A stretch of DNA of 64,000 nucleotides. Source: Zootoca vivipara. Taxonomy: Eukaryota. Below, one piece after another: positions 38,374 to 50,643 of this stretch (positions are counted from its first letter, which is position 1; each line of letters starts with the position of its first letter). The stretch lies in assembly GCF_963506605.1 (NCBI RefSeq), contig NC_083282.1, positions 868,001 through 932,000 of the forward strand, given 5' to 3'. The notes below the pieces were generated by a model. The model saw only the letters and a list, made by a program, of their open reading frames with translations, made no database searches and was not told the origin of the DNA. Both the position numbers and the translations under genes were made by a program.

Positions 38374-38440
38374 TGCATTGGCAATCAAACCCGGACCTCC
38401 TGCGTGGCAGTTGAGAATTCTACCACTGAACCAGCAATGC
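38374..38440 (-). pseudogene. tRNA-Gly(GCC) pseudogene
   Basis: GCATTGCTGGTTCAGTGGTAGAATTCTCAACTGCCACGCAGGAGGTCCGGGTTTGATT----GCCAATGCA: 4-nt T-stem deletion, TTC>TTT, mispaired anticodon stem; long T run downstream. Confidence 0.85.
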
Positions 38441-39782
38441 ACATGCTTGAATCTATTCCTCAGATGCTCCTTCTGGGAAAAGTTTTTCTGCCTTTATACT
38501 AACCTAACTCACTGACTAGAATTCTAGTTACAGGTAGGTAGCCGTGTTGGTCTGGTGTAGTCGAAACAAAATAATAATAATAATAATAACTTTAAGGTGC
38601 TACTGGAAGAAAAAAATTTTTTATAATTTTTTTATTTTGTTTCACTGACTAGAAGCTATTTCATGAGTTCCATGAAGTGTTATATTCAATTGGCAGGTGT
38701 CTGTATACATGTTTGTGGAGGGGGGAATGTAAACAATGAGGTCAAATGAAATAATAATAGTAACAATAACAATAATAATAATATTTATTTATACCATACC
38801 CAGCTGGCTGGGTTTCACCAGCCACTCTGGGCAGCCTACAGCATATATAAAACATAATAAAACATCAAATATAAAAAACTTCCTGATACAGAGTTAGAAA
38901 TGAAATGGGGGAATACAGTTGGGCAAATTTGTTAAAATTTAGATGATTGCAAAATAAACACAGTAATTTGCAACAGTAGCATTTGATTACTCAAATTCTA
39001 GATGAGATTCTGTGGCTTCATGCTGGTGTCACCCCTTTTTGAAAAAAAAGGTTTCTTTGTTAAAGACTGGCCCCTTACAAGTCCACAGGAGAGTGTCTTT
39101 TCTGGTTTAGTGTCATAGAGGACGTTGAGCACAATGAATTAGAAGTCTTCAGGCAGATCTCTAATTTAGCAAAAGAATGGAAACCATCAGTACAACCTTT
39201 CCCATCCTCTCTGCAGATTTTATATCCAGGAAAATGCCTTCTCCCGTTTACTGCCAGCATTAGCACCCCTCTCCTTTCCCAAATGGTGGCAACTGCTGTC
39301 AAGAGCAGGCTGGCTTGGTCTCACAGTGGCTCAGAGCTCCAGGCTAGGTTTATTGGCATGATGTGGGAATGACCCCCCCCAATCCTCTTTTCTCCTTTTG
39401 TTTCTTATAAGGTCCTGAAACACCTCTTGGACCCATCAGGGGGTGCTGCAGAAGCTGTGTGGCCTCTCCCTACTTTACTCTGGTTGAATGAAAAGGAATA
39501 TTCCATTAAAGTGGGTATTAAAAAGAAAGTGGCTGTAGTGTAGGGAAAAGGATGATGAGATTAGCAGTGGCAGCTGAAACGGTCCCTGCCTTGTGCATTC
39601 ACATGGGTAGATGAACCTGTGTTTTAGAACTCGGGATGAGCTCCTGGATGATGATAGCATAGGGTCACCTCTTCAACAGGTAGGAGACCCTATTGGTGGC
39701 AATGCTTGACAAACTGCAGACCTCTACAAGACCTAGCCATCAGACTGGCTATGGCTGAGGGTCAAACACCATGACCCTGGAG

Positions 39783-39950
39783 CAGGGCCATCTTAAGCAT
39801 ATCTGGCACCGTGGCGTGAAGATCCCTCCGGCGCCGCCGCCCCCCCCGTTTCCCAGCGCGGCTGTCCGCGGGTGCAGCAGCGCGGTGCCCCCTGGTGGCC
39901 CGGCGCCCTGGCGCATTGTGCCACCCAGCCTTGCCTTAGGGCCGGCCCTG
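39783..39950. mobile_element. hAT MITE (CAGGGCC TIR family)
   Basis: TIRs plus perfect 8-bp TSD CCCTGGAG; related to 10001-10117. Confidence 0.85.
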
Positions 39951-40354
39951 CCCTGGAGGGCTAGGGCATAAAGTAACCCTCAGGACAGCTCTTACTCCTA
40001 GGAAGAAGGGTGATAAGATAGAGCACTCCTGCTGGATATGTGGTTGGGGCCAGCAGACAGGAACTCCACAATATGCAGGGACCATCCAGCATCACAGGTA
40101 CGGGAGTCTTAACTGGTCAAATGGGTCCATGATTATGTCCATGCTTTGTCAGAAGACTCAGATATACAACAACATACCAAGGTGATTCTTGGCACAGGTA
40201 CTTTCCTCCAGAGGGGACTGTCTGTGAGAGCCAATGAGCTCTTAAAACAATTGGTCGTTAGATTCAGGTTCATTATGGGCGGCTGCACCCCCTTACTCCA
40301 CTCACCAACACCTTGCTATTCCCCCCTCGTTAACCCCCTAGGGCTTCCCCATAG

Positions 40355-41160
40355 TAGTAATAATAATAATAGATTATTTATACCCTGTCCATCTGGCTGG
40401 GTTTCCCCAGCCACTCTGGGCAGCTTCCAACACAATATTAAAATACAACAATCCTTCAGATATTAAAAGCTTCCCTAAACTGGGCTGCCTTCAGATATCT
40501 TCTAAAAGTCTGGTAGTTTTTTCTTTTGACATCTGGTGGGAGGGTGTTCCACAGGGCCAGCGCCACTACCGAGAAGGCCCTCTGCCTGGTTCCCTGTAAC
40601 TTCGCTTCTTGCAGTGAGGAAACTGCCAGAAGGCCCTCGGCGCTGGACCTCAGTGTCCGGGCAGAACAATGGGGGTGGAGACGCTCCTTTAGGTATACTG
40701 GACCAAGGCTGTTTAGGGCTTTAAAAGACAGCACCAACGCTTTGAATTGTGCTTGGAAACGTACTGGGAGCCAATGTAGGTCTTTCAAGACTCCCAGTCA
40801 CCAGCCTAGCTGCCACATTCTGGATTAGTTGTAGTTTCCAGGTCACCTTCAAAGGTAGCCCCACATACAGCACGTTGCAGTAGACCAAGCGGGAGATAAC
40901 TAGAGCATGCACCACTCTGGCGAGGCAGTCTGCAAGCAGGTAGGGTCTCAGCCTGCGTACTAGATGGTAGACAGCTGCCCTGGACACACAATTGACCTGT
41001 GCCTCCATGGACAGCTGCGAGTCCAAAATGACTCCCAGGCTGCACATCTGGTCCTTCAGAGGAGTCCTCCACACCTGCCTGCCTCCTGTCCCCCCAAAAC
41101 AGTACTTCTGTCTTGTCAGAATTCAACCTCAATCTGTTAGCTGCCACCCATCCTCCAACC
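40355..41160 (-). mobile_element. L2-type LINE 3' part
   Basis: High similarity to 13390-14230 in reverse orientation. Confidence 0.85.
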
Positions 41161-41168
41161 ACCTTGAC

Positions 41169-41375
41169 CAGAGGTCCCCAAACTAGGGCCCTAAATCTGG
41201 CCCGTGAACAGTCCAGGAATCAGCATGTTTTTACATGAATAGAATGTGTCCTTTTATTTAAAATTCATCTCTGGGTTATTTGTGGGGCATAGGAATTCGT
41301 TCATATATTTTTTTCAAAATATAGTCCGGCCCCCCACAAGGTCTGAGGGACAGTGAAAAAGTTTGCTGACCTCTG
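41169..41375 (+). mobile_element. Non-autonomous derivative of the 7678-9133 hAT family
   Basis: TIRs CAGAGGTC...GACCTCTG; perfect TSD ACCTTGAC; shared subterminal sequence. Confidence 0.85.
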
Positions 41376-41543
41376 ACCTTGACACTCAACCATTACACTT
41401 TACAACTACGAAGCTCACGTTCATCTTCCAACCCCACTTCTGAAAATGTTCCTCTCTTTTGTTCGACATACCTGCTTTACACCATTTTTAACATTCACCC
41501 CCATGTCCATGCCACCTCCTCCCCTTCCTTTTGTGCACCCCGA

Positions 41544-43047
41544 TGTCAGGGCCTGGCCGGATGAGGAAGAGTGGTGTGCGTCACCCATCCAAGAACCCCC
41601 CCCCCCCGGATGAAACAGAAGAAGAAGACTTAGATCCAGGGCAGTGGTGGTGGGACACAGGAGACCAGTCAGAGGTGGGGACAAGCTGGGAGGTGGTAGA
41701 AACAGGAGGCTAGAGAGAACACGGGGTCAGAACAAGAAAACCGTTCAAGGATAGGGCTGGGCGCTGAGGGTCTCAGTTTGAGCGCAGACGCTGAAAGAGA
41801 CAACGGAGGAGCCACACAATGCTGCAGTTTCACGGCAGCTGTCTGCTATAGTGAGTGGTGAGCTTCCTCCACTGACACCAAGGTCATGAAAAGCCTTGTG
41901 TGTAGCTGAGCAATGGGCCGGACAGGCCCAGAGGGGTTCCTCCTCCTTGTAGTTTATCACTGCTTAGGAGGAGTCCAGAGGAAAACGACTAGAAAGGGAA
42001 GGAGGGGCCAGACAACAGCCTCTGCAATGTATTCATAGAATCATAGAGTTGGAAGAGACCACAAGGGCCATCCAGTCCAACCCCCTGCCAAGCAGGAAAC
42101 ACCATCAAAGCATTCTTGACATATGGCTGTCAAGCCTCTGCTTAAAGACCTCCAAAGAAGGAAGGAGACTCCACCACACTCCTTGGCAGCAAATTCCACT
42201 GTCGATCAGCTCTTACTGTCAGGAAGTTCTTCCTAATGTTTAGGTGGAATCTTCTTTCTTGAAGTTTGAATCCATTGCTCCGTGTCCGCTTCTCTGGAGC
42301 AGCAGAAAACAATCTTTCACCCTCCTCTATATGACATCCTTTTATATATTTGAACATGGCTATCATATCACCCCTTAACCTTCTCTTCTCCAGGCTAAAC
42401 ATACCCAGCTCCCTAAGCCGTTCCTCATAAGGCATTGTTTCCAGGCCTTTGACCATTTTGGTTGCCCTCTTCTGGACACGTTCCAGCTTGTCAGTATCTT
42501 TCTTGAACTGTGGTGCCCAGAACTGGACACAGTATTCCAGGTGAGGTCTGACCAGAGCAGAATACAGTGGTACTATTACTTTTCTTGATCTAGATGCTAT
42601 ACTCCTATTGATGCAGCCCAGAATTGCATTGGCTTTCTGAGCTGCTGCATCGGCTGTTCGGCCGTGGAATTTGCTGCCAAGGAGTGTGGTGGACTCTCTT
42701 TCTTTGGAGGTCTTTAAGCAGAGGTTTGACAGCCATATGTCAAGAATGCTTTGATGGTGTTTCCTGCTTGGCAGGGGGTTGGACTGGATGGCCCTTGTGG
42801 TCTCTTCCAACTCTATGATTCTATGATCATACTGTTGACTCATGTCAAGTTTGTGGTCAACCAAAACTCCTAGATCCTTTTCACATGTACTGCTCTCAAG
42901 CCAGGTGTCTCCCATCCTGTATTTGTGTATTCACCTAGGGCAGTTTCGCTTCGAAGAACTCTGCTGTGTTTTGACTTTTCTGAATAAAAAAGCTGATTGC
43001 ACGTTGAGTTTACCTTCTGATCTGTGGATGAACCTGCCTTCCTGATA
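41544..43047 (+). mobile_element. Possible solo LTR split by the CR1 insertion
   Basis: TGTCAGG...CCTGATA ends and AATAAA at ~42984; no convincing TSD. Confidence 0.35.
42036..42925 (-). mobile_element. Young CR1 LINE 3' part with an inverted copy of its own 3' end inside
   Basis: ORF 42142-42915 ...[20 protein letters not shown]...; flanking TGTATTCA duplication. Confidence 0.88.
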
Positions 43048-43775
43048 GCCCAAACACCCCCTTGCACACAAAACTACCCCATGGTAACCTGTACCTTTCT
43101 CCTCCCGCATCCTTTTCTCCTTCTAATTATAAAGCCACCATACACTTCTATTCTGTGGACCCTTTTATGCCCCTGCTTTAATCTTTACTCCTATTTTGAT
43201 GCCTCTTACCCACACAGATGTATGGGGTATATGGAGAGGGGTAGCACCTCTGTTGGTGGAGACGTCATGTTCCTCCAGGGCTAGTTTGCCTACCTTCGGC
43301 CCCCATCATGCACTCAGCTCTCACCTTTGGCTCCTAGAAGCTGTCAGCATGTGACAGCAGCCACACACACACCCGGAATGGATTTGTCTGGCCAGCTAAA
43401 CCAGGTGAGGGGAACCGATGGGTCTCAAACCCTTGGTGAGTTAGGGACTTCTGCATGGAAAGGCAGGCTCCAGCAGATTGAGTGGACAAGAGCAAGAGTG
43501 GGTCCAACGATCGAGAAAGCAGTTTCTGCACATGTTGAGGTATGTGAGGGGCAGATGGGGCTCGTCCACCTGGGAAGGTAGCCCATCTAGAAGGAAAACT
43601 GTTCCTAAACCTCTGCTGCCTTGTGGGATATCTTCAGAAGAAGAAAAGACTCAGAAGTAAACCCTACACGAATCCGGAGTGGAGTCCCTAAAATGGTTAG
43701 ATGACGGCTTGGACGCATCTGATAACACCTGCAGCTGAGCTGGTGCCGAATGTATTGCTCTACTTTCCTTTGGAC

Positions 43776-43912
43776 CAGGCACCCCCAAACTTCGGCCTTC
43801 CAGATGTTTTGAACTACAATTCCTATCTTCCCTGACCACTGGTCCTGTTAGCTAGGGATCATGGGAGTTGTAGGCCAAAAGCATCTGGAGGGCTGCAGTT
43901 TGGGGATGCCTG
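43776..43912. mobile_element. Palindromic hAT MITE
   Basis: Hairpin family; TSD CTTTGGAC/CTTTGGGC. Confidence 0.85.
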
Positions 43913-45433
43913 CTTTGGGCCATATCAGCAAGGCCAAGGGGTGGCGTCTTGTCTGGACAGTACAGGACAATACACGGTCCAGGTCTGCGTCACAGGGAGC
44001 TCACTTCGATGCTGCTAACACAGTGGTTTGACTTCACCCCCAGAGGTGCACTACATTGTTTCTCGAGACAAGTCAGATGCCAACAATACTTGCAGATCAC
44101 CCCCATATCCATCCCTTAGCTTTTCTCCTATTCTGCATTCCCCATATGTTACTCCATCTTTAAGATGAATAGAATCTTAAGAGCAAGCCTCCCAGTTAGC
44201 TTCTTCAGTTAAGATCAGTTGGGGGGGGGGGGTTGCACACATATGGGTGGTTTGCCTGCTCACAAAATATCTCTTCTAAATTACTACATTGAATCTTGCA
44301 CTTCATGTTGAGCACAACACAGTGTACCAGAAGTGAAAGACATCGTGGGAAGGTATTATGGAGTATTTGCGGGCTCTGCATCATTATCTATCTCACACAA
44401 GACAGCTGAGCAATGGCAGAGAGAGATGCTTGAGTACAGCAAGAAGGGTAGTATGATGAAGGGGGGAGGGAGTGGTTGTTTACAATAGCAGAAGTTTGAA
44501 TAAAGTAGTAATGGCCATACGTACATAATTTTATTGGTATTCCACCTTTTCCTAGTTCAAATCATGTTTAAGGCGGCTTACAACATGAAAAAATAAAAAT
44601 TGCAAACATAACAAAAGTGGTCATAAACAAAACATCAAAAAGTACGCAATCAAATTAAACCATTTCCACATAAATCATGTAGTAACACTGAAAGGAGAAA
44701 TGGCAGTTTTAAACAGCAGTAAAGGTTTGAGTAAAGCAAGGGTGGTGGAACACTGAGGAGTTTTAAAAAAAGGTTTTAACAAGAAATTAAAGAGATGGGT
44801 TCAACACAGACACTAACTCCAAAAAGCTAACACTCCTAACTTCCTTCTTGTACATTTTAAACTGTCACTTCCTCTCCTCAGTGTCACCCGTGCTTGCTCT
44901 ACTTAGACTTCTGCCATTGTTTAAAATGTCCCCTTTTTATATCAGTGCTTTATGCAAATCCAGGATTGCAATGTGGCAATGCAAATCCTCCAATGCAATG
45001 ATTCTTACAATTCTATTATATACAATGTTTGCAAATAAAAAGATAACAAATGTAGCAAATGTGCTTTTGTTTTCCAAATATAAAATGCCTGTAAGCAAAT
45101 TTTAAGTACAGCTTACACTCTCTTCTGCCTTTTAAATGAGTTGTGACTGCATATTCATATTTCACTTTCTCATTTAGATAGTAGTAGTAGTAGTAATAAT
45201 AATTTCTTGGCATCCTCCAGTGTCTTGCATTATCCGATTCTAAGCATAATAATATTAATTAGAAAAACAAACCATAGATTGCCTTCTGATGGCTCCCAAA
45301 GAGGAAGGTGTTTTGGGGATCAAAGTCCATCCCCCAAGAAATTCTGCTCTGGAAACAACACTGAGCAGCAGCAGCAGCTGGAACATATTATCCTTTATAC
45401 TGTCATGCTAAATATGTAGTTCTAATGCTTTTA

Positions 45434-45697
45434 CAGTGGTACCTAAGTTTGCGAACGCAATCCGTTCCGCGGTGGCGTCCGCTCGCCAAGGCATTCGCTC
45501 GCCAAAGGCACGCTTCTGCGTGTGTGCGAAGCGCTGATAAGCGCTTCTGCGCACGCATGAGCTGCACAGATTGCTTCTGCGCATGCGCGAGCTGCGCAGA
45601 TCGCATCTGCGCATCAGACGCCACGGAACCCGGATGTAAACACTTCCGGGTCTGCGGCGTTCGTAAATGGAGGTTTTCGTAAACCGAGGTTCCACTG
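45434..45697. mobile_element. Tigger-like MITE
   Basis: CAGTGGTACCT...AGGTTCCACTG; TA TSD. Confidence 0.75.
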
Positions 45698-46434
45698 TAT
45701 ATTGTGCTACTTGTGGAAGGAGGCATCACTCCTCCCTCCCCGCAATGACCAGCTTTGCATTCTATAGCAGTGTGCATGTTACAGGCACTATAAAAAGCAC
45801 TGTTTTCTATATGTTCTCTAATTAAAATGGTAGATGGGGATAAAACGGTGCCAGAACCTGAAATGTAGAAATAGATTTGGAACTTTCATACCATTTAAAT
45901 CAGGCACCCCCAAACTTCAGCCCTCCAGATGTTTTGGAATACAATTCCCATCTTCCCCGACCACTGGTCCTGTTAGCTAGGGATCATGGGAGTTGTAGGC
46001 CAAAACATCTGGAGGGCCGCAGTTTCTGGATTTGAATTATGTTCAAATAAAATTCAATTTTCAATTTGATATTACTGCTCACAGTCTTCATGTTACTGGC
46101 CAACTTATAATTGGAACAATGCATAAACCAGTAGCTAAACTCTAACCAGAGTAGGCAAACTTTTTGCATCCAATGGCTAGATCCAGTCCAGTGGGGGGGG
46201 GCAGTTGGGATCCATGTGCCAATGGTGTAGTTCAGGTGTGTGCAAGTGTGCACGCAGGTGAACATAGTCTTTTCAGCCTGCTACACAACTCTTTGGTCCC
46301 CTAAGAGGCATGTGGGTTTCATGAGGAGGAAGGCACAGGATGGAGACTTTCTGCTTGGCAGGGGGTTGGACTGGATGGCCCTTGTGGTCTCTTCCAACTC
46401 TATGATTCTATGATTCTAACATGTGTCGTCGTCG

Positions 46435-46465
<31 letters not shown>

Positions 46466-46799
46466 ATAAATAGACTGTATACCATCCTTCATGTGAAGAT
46501 CTCAGGGTGGTTCACAGAATAAAAATACATAAAATAAATAAAAACAAGAACAAAAAAACAAAACCTATTACTTCTCAGCAAACTGCAGCGATAGAGATTT
46601 TTTTGGGGGGGGGAGTAAATTTGGCAGGTGGGAGGACAGCTTGGGCACCCACAGCCTAAACAGGAAAGCTGATGTTTAGTACATTTGACCATGTGGTCTC
46701 CTGTCATAGTCATTTATAAATCTGCTTGGTAGTTTATGCAGCATCTATGAGTAGAATAGACTAGAACAGAATAGAAACAAAACAAAACAAAACAAAATG

Positions 46800-47290
46800 A
46801 AACTTTATTGTCATTGTACATAGTACAACGAAACTGAATGCCATCCCATAAAATACAATCTAAAAACACAATTACAGCCACACAGACACATACATATACA
46901 CCCATCACGACTCCCGGGATCATATTATTTAGATACAGCATTTAAGATGGTTATAGCTCTCGGATAGAAACTGTTTTTTAATCTATTCGTTCTTGATTTA
47001 ATTGTTCTGTATCTCTTGCAATGGTGCAAAAAGACTATATCCAGGATGAGATAAATCCTGTAAAATATTTCTTTCTTTTTTAAGGCAACGGGAGTTGTAT
47101 AGCTCTTCGAGAGATGGGGGAGGATGACCGATAATCTTTTGGGCTGTGGTTAAGACCTTCTGGAGCACTTTCCTATCCATGACTGTGCAGCGGGAAAACC
47201 AAGCACAGATACAGTATGTAAGAATGCTCTCTATGGAGCCTCAGTTGAAGGACACCAGCAGTCTGTCACTCAGCTTGTTGTTTTTTAAAA
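46800..47290 (-). mobile_element. Rex1/Babar-like LINE 3' fragment
   Basis: DRKVLQKVLTTAQKIIG..PSLEELY..RCLKK..I..D.SHPG..LF pattern; AATAAA and simple-repeat tail. Confidence 0.6.
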
Positions 47291-47665
47291 GTCTGTAGTT
47301 CGAATTTGTAAAGCTACCACAAGATGTACAGGTAAATTCTGAACACACCATCTCACCAGCAAGAGACATTAAGACTGCCATCCTCTGCACACTTTAGAAT
47401 AAGTCCCACTGAACACCTCGGCCCCTGTGGTGCTGGATTTTCAAGGCAGGAAACGGCAATGAGCTGAAGTACATTTAAGAATTTTAACACTGTTCCTGAC
47501 CAGTTGGATTTGTGGCATACAATTTTCAGGCCTGGATTGGAAGTGAAAGATTTGAGTCACTTAACCTAAAAAGCAAAATGTACAAAGGGCAATTGTTAGT
47601 GATTTTGGTATTTTCAGAACATGAAACATATAGATGCTCAATTTGGTTTTAGAGAACCTACTCGG

Positions 47666-47939
47666 ATATGTAGCAGTTTTTAGTGTTCAGCAGAAATGCT
47701 CCATTTGCTGAACAATATCATACAGCAAATTTACTCTTACTGTTGATAGATGGATAATGACACTAGGACAATCATTATCTCCGTGGCAACAGTACTGAGT
47801 ATGTCAGAGAAACATTGCACATGGAGCTGATGCTACTTTTTACAGTCCTGCCTCGGCTTCCTCAGTCAGATACTCTTTCTGCAAAGCCAAGATGCCCAGA
47901 GTACAAGAGCAACCAAGGGCAACTCCAAGGCTGCAGATT
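47666..47939 (-). ncRNA. SCARNA13: Small Cajal body RNA 13 (U93), tandem H/ACA
   Basis: 274 nt; AATCTGCAGCCTTGGAG...CTGTTGCCACGGAGATAATGA...TGTCATTATC...AACAGTAAGAG...GATATTGTTCAGCA...CTGCT-ACA-TAT tracks human U93; two H boxes (AGAGTA) and terminal ACA+3 nt; upstream of GLRX5 on the opposite strand, as in human. Confidence 0.9.
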
Positions 47940-48901
47940 TACTGCAATGAATGGATAAGCTTGGCATGCCATGCAAATCAGTCTTGTGATACCTTCAAGA
48001 CCAACAAATTGATTGTGGTGTTTTTTTGGTAGGAGCCCTTACAAATGCACTACACATGTGCTAGTCTTTAAAGAAGCACAATAGTGTTGCTTTCTCTGTG
48101 GTCAACCAACATGGGTACCTTTCTAGAATTTATTCAAAACACTTACCCTGTTTCTCATATTTTAAGACATACCCATAAAATAAGCCATAGCAGGATTTTT
48201 AAGCATTCAAGGAATATAAGCCATACCCCGAAAATAAGACATAGTGATAGGCACAGCAGCAATGCTGGCCGCGGCAGGAGGAGGAGGAAAAAAATAAGAC
48301 ATCCCTTGAAAATAAGCCATAGTGTTTTTTTTTTTGAGGAAAAAATAAATATAAGACATGTCTTATAATATGAGAAACACGGTAGTAAATGTTCAGTGCT
48401 GGTGGTTTTCAACAACAGCCATATGCTTCTGCACAGCCCATAGGCGAATATGAACCAGCCGTTCTCTGAATTTTGTTCCCCACTCCTAGCAATTAGCATG
48501 CCAAATAATACCACCTCTGGTCCTGGAGGCTCCATTTAGCAATTGGAATGATCAGCAATACTGATCTTCCCAGACTAGTTTCATATTCTGTCCCAGTTCT
48601 ATTAAATTAAATTAAACTGAAACATTTCCATTAATATTAAAAGGTGGGAAGTACTTGCCTTTTTGAGAATTCGGCCATTCTTTACTAACTTCCAATGAGT
48701 CAGCTCATTGACAGCTTATTGCAGTTGTATAAACGTTTCAGGCAGGAATTCTAGGTCAGTGTCAAATGTAGCCATTGATATGCTCAGTGAAGAGGTTCTT
48801 TTGTTCAATCACAAAAGGAACACCTGAAATAAAAGGCAGAACCTATAAATTAGGGTTCTTTGCAGAAGACCTAAAGGTCACAACACCAGACCCCCCTAAA
48901 C

Positions 48902-49090
48902 CAGGGGTCAGCAAACTTTTTCAGCAGGGGGCCGGTCCACTGTCCCTCAGACCTTGTGGGGGGCTGGACTATATTTTGGAAAAAATAAATTGAACGAATT
49001 CCTATGCCCCACAAATAACCCAGAGATGCATTTTAAATAAAAGGGCACATTCTACTCATGTAAAAACACGCCGATTCCCAGACCGCCTGT
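48902..49090 (-). mobile_element. hAT MITE fragment, same family as 41169-41375
   Basis: CAGGGGTCAGCAAAC TIR and shared subterminal sequence. Confidence 0.75.
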
Positions 49091-49436
49091 GAGTCCACAA
49101 GCAGTCCCACATACTGTATAGTCATTCATCTTTACCCCCAAATTTTAATTCTAATGCAGGGCCGATAGTTACATTGATATGGAGCTTATAATTCCTTCAG
49201 GCTGCCCCTTTGAAGTCTAGAATACAGATCACAGTTCAGCCAGTAAATAGGAAAGGAGCGTTCTTATTTTTACACATTTACTACCCTTTGATTCCTAACA
49301 GTTTTTGCAGACTGAGGAAGGTGAAGGGACCAAAGGTCTCAGTGGGTAGCAGGCAGCTTCTGGTGTCTCTACGAACCTTGTGGGCTGCCGTAGAGGTTAA
49401 CGGGGCTGGATGACGGGCGGGAAGCGCCTTAAACAG

Positions 49437-49799
49437 AAGGTAAAGGTAAAGGTAAAGGTATGTCTGACCATTAGGTCCAGTCGCGGACGACTCTGGTGTT
49501 GCGGTGCTCATCTCGCTTTACTGGCCAAGGGAGCCAGCGTACAGCTTCCAGGTCATGTGGCCAGCATGACTAAGCCGCTTCTGGCAAACCAGAGCAGCAC
49601 ATGGAAACGCTGTTTACCGTCTCGCCGGAGCGGTACCTATTTATCTACTTACATTTTACGTGTTTTTGAACAGCTAGGTGGGCAGGAGGTGGGACCGAAC
49701 AACAGGAGCTCAACCTGTTGCGGGGATTCTAACCGCCGACCTTCTGATCAGCAAACCCAAGAGGCTGAGTGGTTTAGACCATAGCGCCACCCGCGTCCC
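49437..49799 (-). mobile_element. Sauria SINE, full length
   Basis: GGGACGCGGGTGGCGC head and (ACCTTT)n tail on the minus strand. Confidence 0.88.
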
Positions 49800-49851
49800 C
49801 TTAAGAAAGCACTGCGCAAATACTTGTACAAATATCGCCTACCTTCTTGCT

Positions 49852-49987
49852 CAGGCATCCCCAAACTTCGGCCCTCCAGATGTTTTGGCCTACAATTCCC
49901 ATGATCCCTAGCTAATAGGACCAGTGGTCGGGGAAGATGGGAATTGTAGTCCAAAACATCTGGAGGGCCGAAGTTTGGGGATGCCTG
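49852..49987. mobile_element. Palindromic hAT MITE
   Basis: Hairpin; perfect TSD TTCTTGCT. Confidence 0.9.
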
Positions 49988-50019
49988 TTCTTGCTGTTTC
50001 CTTGGACCCCCAGGCCCCA

Positions 50020-50643
50020 TCTCGGCCGAGGTCGGGCTGCTCGGACTTCCAATGGGTGGGGCGGAGGGATTCGGACGGAGCAGGGCTAAGCGAGGCGGGC
50101 TGCTCTATCTCCACTGCCACAGGCCGCGCGCTTCGCTGTGCTCTTCTCGAGAACCGCCGAGGGGCCGGACCGCGCAGGCGGCGGGTCTGAGGCAGCTAGA
50201 CGCTTAGCCTTGACGCCCACACCACTACCACACCGGAAGCGGAAGTGCCGCCGCCGCCGCTCCCTCCCTCTCGTCTTTTCAAAACTCCAACTTTCCCCGC
50301 CTCCCATGGGAAAGTGACAGAAAGACCTATCAATCACAGCACAGCGCGCTGTACTTCCGGTACTTCCTTGGCGCAGTCATAGGAGTCAAACAGCTCCCCT
50401 CCCACAGGAGAGATTTTATTCAAAGGACCCCGTGTGGTACGATTGGCCATTGGGGGACGAATAGGAAGCGGCCGGCCGGCCTTTCCGTCCCTGCGTGTAC
50501 GGGGCGGGGCTAAGGAAGCGCAGACAGCCCCGCTTAAACATTATTGGTAGCCCGAGCGTGAGTGACAGAAGCAGTATCGAGGCCTGCGTCCCTTTGGCGA
50601 GGCCTCGAGGTCGCCTGAGGGAGCCTCCGGCGAGCCCGCAGCC
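50020..50643. promoter_or_regulatory. Bidirectional CpG promoter (GLRX5 / scaRNA host)
   Basis: Tandem ETS/GABP sites CCGGAAGCGGAAGTG (~50233) and ACTTCCGG (~50353); several CCAAT boxes and a GC box. Confidence 0.75.

Larger units (their letters stand above)
47521..50250 (-). ncRNA. Putative SNHG10-like non-coding host gene (partial model)
   Basis: Candidate exon 1 ~50245-49843 (AAG|GTAGGC); exon 48823-48659 (TTTTATTTCAG acceptor, AAG|GCAAGT donor); acceptor at 47565 with CACTAAC branch point. Confidence 0.55.
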
